Shown: positions 1-9,638 of the stretch, in pieces
How positions within the stretch are numbered: the stretch's first letter is position 1
Layout: each line of letters starts with the position of its first letter
Source of the DNA: an uncultured Chloroflexia bacterium
GTDB taxonomy: Bacteria > Chloroflexota > Limnocylindria > Limnocylindrales > CSP1-4
DNA length: 64,000 nucleotides
Direction of reading: 5' to 3'
Assembly (NCBI GenBank): GCA_963707215.1
Contig: CAVPPB010000001.1
Span: 1 to 64,000 of the forward strand
Program-made: the position numbers and the translations under genes
Notes under the pieces: generated by a model
Database searches by the model: none
Seen by the model: the letters and a program-made list of their open reading frames with translations, nothing else
What the model was told of the DNA's origin: nothing

Positions 1-607
1 TTTAAAAATGTCAAGACGAAAGTTTGCACTTATGGAAAGACAAATTTGAAAGTATTTGTTTCTTGAGCGCGCCAGGTGGCGAGAGCGATCGCGTTGGGCG
101 TGAACGATCAGCCACGGTACACGGTAATGTATCGCCAACTGGGGCGCTCTTCGATTTTTTGATTTAAAACCTCTGTTTCACTCCCACCTGATCCCTCTGT
201 CCACAATGTAGCGGTACAAGAGGGTGAAAGAGAGGGCCAGAAAGCGGTATTGCTGGAATCACTCCAGCGCGGTTTAGGTTATAGAAGAGAGCGTTTTTTG
301 TTGGTAGTATGAGGTCGTTGAAGCTGTGATATGTGATTAGATATCTGTTCCCCCACCTGAGTTCTGCAGCTCTGACAGTAGGGACAAAAGGAATACTCAC
401 TGGAGCTTCTATGGGGCACCAACTGGAGGCAACAATGCCAGAAGGATCCCTCAAGTGATTAACTAAATAATCAGTGGCCCTTTTATTTGCGTCCAATCTT
501 TGCTTCCATATATGATAATCCTGGTGATAATAAGCCCGACCCAAGGTACTACCAGCTCACTAGGAAGGAATCAATCCCTATAAGATACATTGGAAGGATT
601 CCAAAAT
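1..607. other. AT-rich foreign segment, probably a chimeric contig end or contaminant
   Basis: Abrupt composition shift at ~607 (by eye ~40-45% GC versus ~70% after); cuts rpsB mid-gene after ...TNFVTIK; only ORF (164-544) is unrecognisable. Confidence 0.75.
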
Positions 608-930
608 CTTGATCGTGACGAAGTTGGTCAGCATGCCACCGAGCCAGCGCTTGGTCATGGAGGCATCCCGGACCGGGTGGCCTCCTCGGCGACCGGTTCC
701 TGGGCCTGCTTCTTGGTGCCTACGAAGAGGACGGTCTCGCCGTTGGCGACCGTCTCGCGGACGAAATCGAGGGCCGTGTCGAGACGCTGGACCGTCTGGG
801 CCAGGTCGATGATGTGGATCCCATTGCGCTCGGCGAAGATGTACGGGCGCATCTTCGGGTTCCAGCGCCGGGTCTGGTGGCCGAAGTGGACCCCGGCCTC
901 CAGCAGCTGCCGCATCGATACGGACGGCAC
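608..930 (-). CDS. rpsB: 30S ribosomal protein S2, N-terminal part only (frameshift ~657, truncated at 608)
   Basis: GTG at 930; [22 protein letters not shown]...[10 protein letters not shown], continuing in another frame as [15 protein letters not shown]. Confidence 0.95.
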
Positions 931-1101
931 GTCGGATCTCCTGTTCGGTTCTTCCGCCGCGGACCCCTGCGTCGAGGACCGCCCCGCGACTCGTCGTCGC
1001 AAGGTCGGCACCGCCCCGGACGGACAGGTCCGCGTGTGGGCTCCGGCCGGATGGCCGGGCGTGATCGAGGCCGCGCCCTCGCGGCCCGGCGGAGTGTATC
1101 A
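931..1101 (-). promoter_or_regulatory. rpsB extended -10 promoter and ~155-nt 5' leader (candidate S2 autoregulatory leader)
   Basis: TGATACACT on minus strand at 1093-1101; long GC-rich UTR before the GTG; rpsB leaders are known autogenous operators. Confidence 0.45.
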
Positions 1102-1192
1102 GGGCCTTCCCTGCCGCGCACCCGGACGCTCCTCGCCGCCGCTGGGCGAACCTGTCGCATCGGCCGGTCCGGGTGGCGTATCGTCGGCGGCG

Positions 1193-1998
1193 ATGGTGGA
1201 GCTGACCCGGATCTCCGTCACGCCCCTCAAGGGCTGCGCCCTCCAGCATCCTGAGGGCGTCGACCTGACGCTGGACGGGATCCCGTGGAATCGCCGTCTC
1301 TTCCTCGTCGACGATCGAGGCCGCCTCATCAGCGGGGGCGACCATGGTCCGCTGGTGCAGGTCCTCGCGAGCTACGACGCCCCGACCGCGGAGCTCGAGC
1401 TGCGGATCCCGGGCGTCCGACCGATCACCGGTCGACTCGAGCCGACCGGTGGACCGGCGACGACCGACTTCTACGGCCGACCGGTTCCTGGCCGGCTCGT
1501 CGAGGGACCGTTCGCCGGTGCCCTGAGCACGTACGTCGGTCGCACCTTGCGGCTCGTCCTCGCCGACCGCCAGGGGGACGGCTCCGACGTTCACCGGCTC
1601 TCCCTCGTCGGCCGGGCATCGGTCCGCGACCTGGGAGCCAGGAGCGACCGACCCGACCTCGATCCACGGCGATTCCGGATGGATCTCGAGATCGATGGCT
1701 CCGAACCGTTCGAGGAGGATGGCTGGCATGGCCGTCCCGTCCGTGTCGGCGAGGCGATCATCCGCGTCCTGGGACAGATCCCGCGCTGCGTCGTGACGAC
1801 CCACGACCCTGCGACCGGCCACAAGGACTTCGACACGCTCAAGCGGATCGCCGAGTCCGCCCCCTGATGCGCGAGCCTCGAGGGGTCCCGTTCGGGATGT
1901 ACGCGGAGGTCGTCCGGCCGGGACGGATACAGGTCGGCGACCCGGTCGCACCGATGCCTGCCGTCACCGTCGCCGGGACCGATCCTGCCGGGGGCTAG
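1193..1998 (+). CDS. MOSC-domain protein (MOSC_N + MOSC), frameshift ~1855
   Basis: ISVTPLKG, NRRLFLVD, RRFRMDLEIDG, FEEDGW, PRCVVTTHDPATG; C-terminus FGMYAEVVRPGRIQVGD is in the next frame. Confidence 0.88.
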
Positions 1999-2384
1999 TC
2001 GACCACGACGTCCCGGAGGTGCCGGAAGGTGCATCCTCCGGGACTCGGCTCGACAGCCACGACGTCGATCGCCGGCGCCCAGGGCGGCAGCGGCGTGCCG
2101 TCCGGGAGTCGCCCGGCCGCCGACAGCCCGGCGATCGACGCTCGTAGACGCCGGATCTTGCGACGGTCGACGGTCTCCTCAGGGTGACCGTGATCGGACC
2201 GGCTTCGCCAGCGCACCTCTACCGCCACGAGCCGCTGCGGGGGACCGGGATCGCCGGCCACGAGATCGACCTCGTAGCGGCCCACCCGGACGTTCCTGCC
2301 CAGGATCCGCCAGCCGGCACGCTCGAGGCGAGCCGCGACCACCGCCTCTGCCACGGCACCGGCGACCTGCGCCCTCGTCGTCAT
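1995..2384 (-). CDS. YraN family (UPF0102) nuclease-like protein
   Basis: GWRILGRNVRVGRYEVDLVA...VEVRWR...PEETVDRRK; usual neighbour of rnhB. Confidence 0.85.
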   Translation of the reverse strand: MTTRAQVAGAVAEAVVAARLERAGWRILGRNVRVGRYEVDLVAGDPGPPQRLVAVEVRWRSRSDHGHPEETVDRRKIRRLRASIAGLSAAGRLPDGTPLPPWAPAIDVVAVEPSPGGCTFRHLRDVVVD

Positions 2385-2507
2385 ACACGGAGCATCCGTT
2401 CCGCCGCTGACGACCGCCGTATCGACGACCCATCCGCCGATCACCAGGCGGCCCCGATCCCTCGGCCCGGGGGTCAGGATCGCTGCTGTCCGGGCCGACG
2501 GGCCGGA

Positions 2508-3257
2508 TCAGGCCGATCCGGCATCCCCGGACGCGCCGGCCCAGATGTCGAGTTGCTCGACCGCGGCACACGTCGCGAAGGTCCGGCGGTGGACCGGGGT
2601 GAGACCGAGTGCCTCGAGGCCGGCTCGATGCTCCGGGGCAGCGTAGCCCTTGTTGGATGCCAGCCCGTAGCCAGGGTAGGTCGCGTCCAGCTCGACCATC
2701 AGCCGGTCCCGGGCCACCTTGGCCACGACCGACGCGGCAGCGACGGACGCGCAGAGCCGGTCGGCGTCGATGACGACGCGCTGGGGAAGGTGAAGGTCCG
2801 ATAGGCCGAGCGAACCGTCGAACAGGAGGACGTCGGGCCGCACGGTCAGGCGACCGGCGGCGATCTGGGAGGCCAGCAGCGTCGCCCGCAGGATGTTGAG
2901 CCGATCGATGAGCTCAGGGCCCACGAACGCCACCGACCAGGCGATGGCATGCGCTCGGATCTCGAGGTCGAGGCGCTCGCGCGCCTCAGCCGTCAGGAGC
3001 TTCGAATCGCGCAGGCCGGCCGGCACCCAGTCGGTCGGCAGGATGACCGCGCCAGCGACGACGGGCCCCGCCAGACACCCTCGTCCGACCTCGTCGATGC
3101 CGGCGATGTGGCGGAAGCCGTGGCCGCGCAGATGGCGCTCCTCGGCGTGGTCCGGATCGAGCCGCTCACGGAACAGCCGCGGGCGCGCGGGTCGGCGAGC
3201 CCCTCCCGTGGGCGCGGGGCCGGTGGCGGTCGCGGAGGCGGAGCTCCGGCGGGCCAC
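2508..3257 (-). CDS. rnhB: Ribonuclease HII
   Basis: GIDEVGRGCLAGPVVA, DSKLL, AAASVVAKVARD, NKGY, HRRTF. Confidence 0.95.
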   Translation of the reverse strand: MARRSSASATATGPAPTGGARRPARPRLFRERLDPDHAEERHLRGHGFRHIAGIDEVGRGCLAGPVVAGAVILPTDWVPAGLRDSKLLTAEARERLDLEIRAHAIAWSVAFVGPELIDRLNILRATLLASQIAAGRLTVRPDVLLFDGSLGLSDLHLPQRVVIDADRLCASVAAASVVAKVARDRLMVELDATYPGYGLASNKGYAAPEHRAGLEALGLTPVHRRTFATCAAVEQLDIWAGASGDAGSA

Positions 3258-3268
3258 CCGGCGTCCGG

Positions 3269-3610
3269 CTAGCGGCGTTCGCGGAGCGTGGCCGCCTTGC
3301 CGACGCGATCGCGAAGGAAGTAGAGCTGGGCGCGCCGGGCGACCCCGTGGCGGATGACCTCGATCCGATCGATGCGCGGGCTGTGGATCTTGAAGGTCCG
3401 CTCCACGCCGACGCCCGAGGCGATACGCCGGACGGTGATCGACCGGGTGATCCCGCCGCCACGGAGGCGCATGACCGTGCCCTCGAAGACCTGGATGCGC
3501 TCCCGATTGCCCTCGACCACCTTGGCTGCGACACGAACGGTGTCACCGGGGGCGATCTCTGGGAGGTCGGTTCGGAGCTGATCGGCGACGATCTCGTCGA
3601 GGACGTTCAC
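3269..3610 (-). CDS. rplS: 50S ribosomal protein L19
   Basis: GDTVRV...[12 protein letters not shown]...GVGVERTF...RRAQLYFLR; GTG start after SD. Confidence 0.97.
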   Translation of the reverse strand: MNVLDEIVADQLRTDLPEIAPGDTVRVAAKVVEGNRERIQVFEGTVMRLRGGGITRSITVRRIASGVGVERTFKIHSPRIDRIEVIRHGVARRAQLYFLRDRVGKAATLRERR

Positions 3611-3691
3611 GGCGGATCCTTCGGTCTGGTCACGCAGCGTGAGCTGCGGGGGATGGTTCGTCTGGATGTCCGCCTGCGCGGCCGACGCGGG

Positions 3692-3700
3692 AGTATAGCA
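3692..3700 (-). promoter_or_regulatory. Extended -10 promoter of rplS
   Basis: TGCTATACT on minus strand. Confidence 0.6.
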
Positions 3701-3720
3701 CGGCCCCGGCGCGCTCCCGT

Positions 3721-4467
3721 TCAGCCAGGGCCGTCTGGTCCAGCCCGCTCGGCAAGGACGTCCTCGAGGAGCGTGCCCTCCTCGCCCGTCATCGGTCGGT
3801 CGGCGAGAAGGTCGGGCCGTCGAGCCAGGGTCCGCTCGATCGATGCCCGCAGCCGCCATCGGCGGACCGCCGCATGGTCGCCCGACACGAGGACGGATGG
3901 CACCTCCTGGCCCCGGAAGGTGGCCGGGCGCGTGTACTGCGGATACTCGAGCAAGCCACGGGAGAACGACTCGTCGGCGACCGACGCCGGATCGATGGCG
4001 CCGGGAAGGAGCCGGAGTACCGCGTCGACGACGACCAGCGCAGCCAGTTCGCCGCCATTGAGGACGTAGTCGCCGATCGATAGCTCGAGGTCGACGAGGT
4101 CGCGGACCCGATCGTCCACGCCCTCGTAGCGGGGGCAGATGAACAGCAGGTGCGACCGGTCGGCAAGGTCATGGGCCCGCTCCTGACGGAAGACCTCGCC
4201 CGCCGGGTCGAGCAGGATGACGGTGGTCCCCGGACCACGGAGCGCATCGATCGCCCCGGCGACCGGCTCGGGACGCAGGACCATGCCGGCACCGCCGCCG
4301 TATGGTGCGTCGTCGACGCTGCGGTGGCGCCCGATCCCCCAGGCCCGTAGATCGTGGACCGCCACCGCCGCGAGCCCCCGGTCGAGGGTGCGGGCGGGGA
4401 TGCTCTCGGCCAATGGCCCCTCGATCATGGCGGGGAAGAGCGTGACGATGTCGATCCGCAGGGTCAC
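3721..4467 (-). CDS. trmD: tRNA (guanine37-N1)-methyltransferase
   Basis: [44 protein letters not shown]. Confidence 0.97.
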   Translation of the reverse strand: MTLRIDIVTLFPAMIEGPLAESIPARTLDRGLAAVAVHDLRAWGIGRHRSVDDAPYGGGAGMVLRPEPVAGAIDALRGPGTTVILLDPAGEVFRQERAHDLADRSHLLFICPRYEGVDDRVRDLVDLELSIGDYVLNGGELAALVVVDAVLRLLPGAIDPASVADESFSRGLLEYPQYTRPATFRGQEVPSVLVSGDHAAVRRWRLRASIERTLARRPDLLADRPMTGEEGTLLEDVLAERAGPDGPG

Positions 4468-5138
4468 GGCGCAGCCGACCCGGGATCGCTGGAGGGTCGA
4501 GCCTCATCGCCGCCGGCGGTGGCCTCATCGCCGCCGGCGGTGGCCTCGTCGCCGCCCGGCTCGAGAGAGCCACCCGGGCTCGGGGCCTGGCCTCGGAGCG
4601 CCCGCCGGGTGCGCCGACCCCGCGGGGCCGGCCGTGCGCCCAGGGCCGGCAGATCGAGCGCCTCGACGTCAACGACGATCCGGCCCCCGCGAGGGCGGAA
4701 CTCCTGGACCAGGCTGCCGACCAGCGGCACGTCGAACGTGCCGCGGGGACCGCCCACGACGGTGACGACCTCGGCCGCGCCCGCCCGGTAGACATCGGCG
4801 ACGGAGCCGAGGGGCCGGTCCTCGAGGTCGACCACGGGAACGCCGATGAGCTCGTGCCAATAGACCTCGCCCTCGGCCAGCTCGGTCTCGGGCACGTCGG
4901 CCACGAGGTATGCGTCGCGAAGCCGCCCGGCCGAATCCCGGTCGGCGACCTCGTCGAACCGCAACCACCAGCCCGGTCCGTCGGCGACGGCCCGGGCCTC
5001 CACGATGGTCAGGGGCGCCGGGTCGTCCTCACGCCGGAGGACGGTCCCGACGCGGAACCGGTCCTCGGGTCGATCCGTGAGGAGCTCGACCCTCAGCCGG
5101 CCCTTGGTACCGTGGACGCCGCGGATGCGGCCGACCAC
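4464..5138 (-). CDS. rimM: Ribosome maturation factor RimM (true start may be a few codons upstream)
   Basis: VGRIRGVHGTKGRL, EGEVYWHELIG; lies between khpA and trmD. Confidence 0.92.
   Translation of the reverse strand: MVGRIRGVHGTKGRLRVELLTDRPEDRFRVGTVLRREDDPAPLTIVEARAVADGPGWWLRFDEVADRDSAGRLRDAYLVADVPETELAEGEVYWHELIGVPVVDLEDRPLGSVADVYRAGAAEVVTVVGGPRGTFDVPLVGSLVQEFRPRGGRIVVDVEALDLPALGARPAPRGRRTRRALRGQAPSPGGSLEPGGDEATAGGDEATAGGDEARPSSDPGSAAP
4501..4560. repeat. 21-bp tandem repeat (~3 copies) in the rimM tail
   Basis: gcctcatcgccgccggcggtg twice plus a variant; encodes GGDEATA repeats. Confidence 0.9.
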
Positions 5139-5152
5139 GAGTGGCGCGTCGC

Positions 5153-5386
5153 TCAGACGATCTCCAGCTGGACGGCCTCGCCGTCGCGCGCTGCCGTCAC
5201 CTTCAGGAGGGTTCGAAGGGCCTTGGCGACCGATCCGTTCCTCCCGATGACCTTGCCCATGTCGTCCTCGGCGACATGGAGCTCGAGGATGGTCTGACCG
5301 CCCTCCTCGACGACCTCCACCTCGACGGCGTCGGGGTCATCGACAAGGGACCGGGCCACGTACTCGACGAGATCCTTGGCTGCCAT
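5153..5386 (-). CDS. khpA: KH-domain RNA-binding protein KhpA
   Basis: LVDDPDAV, DMGKVIGRNG; follows rpsP. Confidence 0.92.
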   Translation of the reverse strand: MAAKDLVEYVARSLVDDPDAVEVEVVEEGGQTILELHVAEDDMGKVIGRNGSVAKALRTLLKVTAARDGEAVQLEIV

Positions 5387-5390
5387 CCCG

Positions 5391-5645
5391 TCACTTCCCT
5401 CCGTCGTCGACGCCGGCCTGCTTGAAGAGCCGACGGACGGTGTCGCTGGGCTGGGCGCCCTTGGCGAGCCAGTCGCGGGCCTTGGCCTCGTCGATCCGGA
5501 GCTCGATCGGGTCCGTCCGGGGGTTGTAGTAGCCGAGCGTGTCGATCGACCGGCCGTCCCGGGCGGCGCGGCTGTCGGCGACGACGAGCCGGTAGGACGG
5601 CTGCTTCGTCGCCCCCACGCGAGTCAGGCGGATGCGGACTGCCAT
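5391..5645 (-). CDS. rpsP: 30S ribosomal protein S16
   Basis: [11 protein letters not shown]...[15 protein letters not shown]...GAQPSDTV. Confidence 0.98.
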   Translation of the reverse strand: MAVRIRLTRVGATKQPSYRLVVADSRAARDGRSIDTLGYYNPRTDPIELRIDEAKARDWLAKGAQPSDTVRRLFKQAGVDDGGK

Positions 5646-5721
5646 GTGGTGCTTGGGTACCTCCTGGGTGTTCTGCGAGCGTACCGCGCCGACCCTCGGA
5701 TGGCCAGCCGGGCGCCCGGGT

Positions 5722-7050
5722 TCAGCGGCGGCCGATCATGCCGGGGATCGGGCCCCGGCGCCCACCGGCGAGCTGCTTCATCAGCCGCTGCATGTCGGTG
5801 AACTGCTTCACCAGGCGATTGACGTCGGTGAGGGTCGTGCCCGAACCGGCGGCGATGCGACGCCGGCGCGATGCGTTCAGGACCGTCGGGTCCCGGCGCT
5901 CCTGGGGCGTCATCGAGCGGATGATCGCCTCGACACGGGCGAGCTCGCCGCGATCGACCGCGGCCTGCGCCTCCTTGGCCAGGCCACCCATCCCGGGCAG
6001 CATGGAGAGGACCTGGCTCATCGGGCCCATCTTCTGGACCTGCTGGAGCTGCTCCAGCATGTCCTCGAGGGTGAAGCTCGCCTTGCGGAGCTTCTCCTCC
6101 ATCCGCGCCGCCTGGTCCGCATCGACGACCTCCTGGGCGCGCTCGACGAGCGTCAGGACGTCGCCCATCCCGAGGATCCGCCCGGCAAGACGGTCGGGAT
6201 AGAAGACCTCGAGAGCCTCGCTCTTCTCACCGGTCCCGAGGAACTTGACGGGCAGCCCCGTGGCCGAGCCGATGCTCAACGCCGCACCGCCGCGTGCGTC
6301 GCCGTCGATCTTGGTGAGGACGAGGCCGCTCAGCGGGACGCGGGCCGCGAAGGCCTCGGCGACCGCGACGGCCTCCTGCCCGGTCATCGCGTCGACGACG
6401 AGGAGGCTCTCGGCCGGTTCGAGCGCAGCGGCGACGTCGGCGATCTCGCTCATGAGGGCATCGTCGACCGTCAGCCGTCCGGCCGTGTCGACGATGACGA
6501 CGTCCCGGGCGCCTCGGCGAGCCGCGGCGATGCCGCCCTCCACGATGCCGAGGACCGGGACGCCCTCCTCGGCGCGATGGACAGGGACATCCAACGCGCG
6601 ACCCAATGTCTCGAGCTGATCCGCAGCAGCCGGGCGGTAAGGGTCGGCTGCTACCAGGAGGGGCCGGCGCCCGAGCCGGACGACGTGGCGGGCGAGCTTC
6701 GCCGCCGTCGTCGTCTTCCCGGAGCCCTGGAGGCCGGCCAACAGGACGATCGACGGCGAGCCCGTGAGATGGAACGTCCGATCCCCGGCAGAGAGGATCG
6801 CGGTGAGCTCCTCGTGGACGATCTTGACGACCTGCTGGCCGGCGGTGAGGCTCTCGAGGACCTCGGCGCCGACCGCACGCTCGCGCACCCGGGCCGTGAA
6901 GTCCTTGACGACCTTGTAGTTCACGTCGGCTTCGAGGAGAGCCAGGCGGATCTCGCGCATGGCGACTTCGACATCGGCCGCGCCGACCCGGCCGCGGCCG
7001 GTCAGGTTGCCGAGGGTGTCGCGGAGGCGCTCGCTGAGGGCGTCGAACAT
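5722..7050 (-). CDS. ffh: Signal recognition particle protein Ffh
   Basis: [34 protein letters not shown] domain. Confidence 0.98.
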   Translation of the reverse strand: MFDALSERLRDTLGNLTGRGRVGAADVEVAMREIRLALLEADVNYKVVKDFTARVRERAVGAEVLESLTAGQQVVKIVHEELTAILSAGDRTFHLTGSPSIVLLAGLQGSGKTTTAAKLARHVVRLGRRPLLVAADPYRPAAADQLETLGRALDVPVHRAEEGVPVLGIVEGGIAAARRGARDVVIVDTAGRLTVDDALMSEIADVAAALEPAESLLVVDAMTGQEAVAVAEAFAARVPLSGLVLTKIDGDARGGAALSIGSATGLPVKFLGTGEKSEALEVFYPDRLAGRILGMGDVLTLVERAQEVVDADQAARMEEKLRKASFTLEDMLEQLQQVQKMGPMSQVLSMLPGMGGLAKEAQAAVDRGELARVEAIIRSMTPQERRDPTVLNASRRRRIAAGSGTTLTDVNRLVKQFTDMQRLMKQLAGGRRGPIPGMIGRR

Positions 7051-7214
7051 GGTCGTCGGGCTGATCTCCCCAGGGGTGGCCGGCAGGTCGGCCCCGGACC
7101 AGTCCGCGGGTCCTGGCGGCGCCGGCTGAGGGAGTGTAGCCGAACGCTCCCAGGGAGGCCGTTGCCAGCCCGGCGGGCGACGCCGCACCGCATCGTCGCC
7201 TCTGGCGCCCGCCT

Positions 7215-8458
7215 GTGCTGCGCCGGTGCGCCCGACCATCGATCCGCCGTGGCGCGAAGGTCGGCTCCTTCGTCACCCGCACCGCCCTGCCGTTCGCGGC
7301 CATCCTGGTGCTCGGGGCGGGAGCTGCCGAGGTCGCCGTCCTGCGGGCAGCCGAGCTGGTCGCTGCACTCACCCTGGGACTCTTCGTCGGCGCCTGGGTG
7401 GACCGCCTGCGGCGCCGACCGGTCATGATCTGGGCCGACGTGGGCCGGGCCCTGCTGCTGGCCAGTGTGCCGATCGCCTATGTGGGGGCTGGCTCAGCGT
7501 CGCTCAGCTGGTCATCGTGGCGTTCCTGGGGGCGGTGCCCACCACGTTCTTCGACACCGCCGACCGGGCCTTCCTGCCGCTGGTCGCCCGGCGGGACCGG
7601 CTCGTCCGAGCGAACGCGACCCTGACTGCGAGCGCCTCGGCCGCCGAGTTCGTCGGGTTCGGCCTCGGCGGCTGGATGATCCAGGTCCTGACGGCACCGA
7701 TCGCCATCCTGCTCGACGCCTCGTCCTACGTCCTGTCAGCGCTGCTGCTGCTCGGGATCCGCACTCCCGAGCCGGCCCCCAGGCAGGCCGCGGAACGCGA
7801 TCCCGTCCTCGTGGAGATCGCCGCGGGGCTGCGGCGGACCCTCGGCGACCCGATCCTGAGGCCGCTGGCCTGGGCGACGCGGCCATCGCCGGCGCCTGGG
7901 GCGTCTTCGGCGCCCTCATCCTCCTGTTCGCGACCGAGCTGGGGTTCTCGCCGGCTGCGATCGGGGTCCTGGCGGCCCTCGGCGGGGCGAGCTCACTGGT
8001 CGGAGCGGTGGTGGCCGATCGGGGGGCCCGCCGGGCGGGAATCGGCAGGTTCCTGTCGTTCAGCATGCTGGCCGCAGCGGTCGGCGGCGTCTTCAGCCCG
8101 CTGGCGCCGGACGCATCCCTCATCGGCCCAGCAGGTGATCATGGACGGCTCGCTGACCGCCTTCGACGTGGTGGCGATCTCCGTGCGGCAGGGCATCGTC
8201 GAGGACGCTGCCCTGGGTCGAGTGAGTGCCAGCTTCCACGTCCTGGCGATGGCGGCGATGCTCGTCGGGACCATCGTCGGCGGGATCGTCGGCGAGGTCG
8301 TCGGGCTGCGACCGGCGCTCGCCCTGGCGGCGGCCGCGTTCATCGGCCCGTTGATCGTGCGCTTCTCGGCCGTCTACCGGCTGGACGTTCTCTCGGTCGG
8401 CTTCGACCAGACCGGTGGCCCCGTGGAGGTCGGGGTCGAGGTGCCCCTCGGCGAGTGA
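7215..8458 (+). pseudogene. MFS transporter (DHA3/EntS-like), multiply frameshifted
   Basis: GAWVDRLRRRPVMI, RQGIVEDAALGRVSA spread over three frames; degenerate N-terminus. Confidence 0.75.
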
Positions 8459-8483
8459 CCGGCCGGCGCCCATCGGCGGACGC

Positions 8484-9638
8484 TCAGTCGGCGAACAGCG
8501 CCTCGACGAAGGCCTCCGGTTCGAAGGGCAGCAGATCGCTCACCCGCTCCCCCACCCCGACGAACCGCACCGGTACGCCGAGGGTCGACTCGATGGCGAA
8601 GACGATGCCTCCCTTGGCCGAGGAGTCGAGCTTGGTGAGCACGATCCCAGTCAGGCCCACCGCCTCGTGGAAGGCGGTTGCCTGGGCGAGGCCGTTCTGA
8701 CCCGTCGTCGCATCGAGCACGAAGAGCGTCTCAGGTCGGGCACCCGGCAGGCGTCGATCGATCACCCGGCGGACCTTGGCGAGCTCGTCCATGAGGTTCG
8801 ACTTCGTGTGCAGCCGACCGGCGGTGTCGGCGATCACGACATCCGCCCGGCGGGCCAGCCCGGCATCGATGGCGTCGAAGACGACAGCACCCGGGTCGGC
8901 TCCAGGCGCGTGGGCCACCAGCTCCGACCCGGTCCGGTCCGCCCAGATCCGGAGCTGGTCGATGGCGGCGGCCCTGAAGGTGTCGGCGGCGGCGAGGACG
9001 ACCCGCTGGCCCTCGGCCCGGTAGCGATGGGCCAGCTTGCCGATCGTGGTCGTCTTGCCGGTGCCGTTGACCCCGACGACCAGGATGACGGCGGGTCCTC
9101 CGTCCACCGCCGGGGCGGGTACCCAGCCGGGCTCGCGTGCCACGAGGCGACCGGACAGCTCTGCCTGGACCGCGGCGACGGCCGTCGGGGCGTCCCAGCG
9201 AGCCCGAGCCCGCTCCACGACCTCGACCGCCAGCGCACCGCCGACGTCGCCTGCGATGAGGGTCTCCTCGACGTCCTCCCATGTCGCAGGTTCGATGGTC
9301 ACCCCGGTCAGGAAGCCCCGGAGGCTGCGCATGAACCCCGTCCGACTGCGCTCCAGGCCAGCCTCGAATCTCGGCTCGAGGATCTCCGGGTCGTCGGGGA
9401 CGGGCTCCTCCGATTCGACCGAAGCCGACACCGGCGATCCGAACCCAGCCGAGGGAGGCGCGGGCTCGACCGTCGGCGACATCTCGTCGGGCGGGATGTC
9501 GTCGAGGCTCGGGTCGACGACCTGCGCATCGTCCGAGCCGGGGGTGGTCGCCGCCTCGACCCCCGACTCCTCTCCAGCCGCGACAGTCTCATCGGCGAGC
9601 GGCTCGGGCTCGCCGGAAAGACGGCGCCACAGTCTCAT
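8484..9638 (-). CDS. ftsY: SRP receptor FtsY
   Basis: Acidic N-terminus, [34 protein letters not shown]. Confidence 0.98.
   Translation of the reverse strand: MRLWRRLSGEPEPLADETVAAGEESGVEAATTPGSDDAQVVDPSLDDIPPDEMSPTVEPAPPSAGFGSPVSASVESEEPVPDDPEILEPRFEAGLERSRTGFMRSLRGFLTGVTIEPATWEDVEETLIAGDVGGALAVEVVERARARWDAPTAVAAVQAELSGRLVAREPGWVPAPAVDGGPAVILVVGVNGTGKTTTIGKLAHRYRAEGQRVVLAAADTFRAAAIDQLRIWADRTGSELVAHAPGADPGAVVFDAIDAGLARRADVVIADTAGRLHTKSNLMDELAKVRRVIDRRLPGARPETLFVLDATTGQNGLAQATAFHEAVGLTGIVLTKLDSSAKGGIVFAIESTLGVPVRFVGVGERVSDLLPFEPEAFVEALFAD

Noticed and set aside
164-544. 126-aa ORF in the AT-rich segment
   Set aside because: No recognisable motif, SD or host-like codon usage; probably a chance ORF in foreign DNA
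1-607. Self-splicing intron or IS inserted in rpsB
   Set aside because: No group II GUGYG-type boundary, transposase or RT ORF visible at the junction; a chimera is simpler
578-1951. 457-aa minus ORF and many other long antisense or alternate-frame ORFs (e.g. 5632-7428, 21155-22957, 25439-27559, 42605-44515)
   Set aside because: Shadow ORFs expected at high GC; they overlap well-supported genes and are Arg/Pro/Gly-rich without motifs
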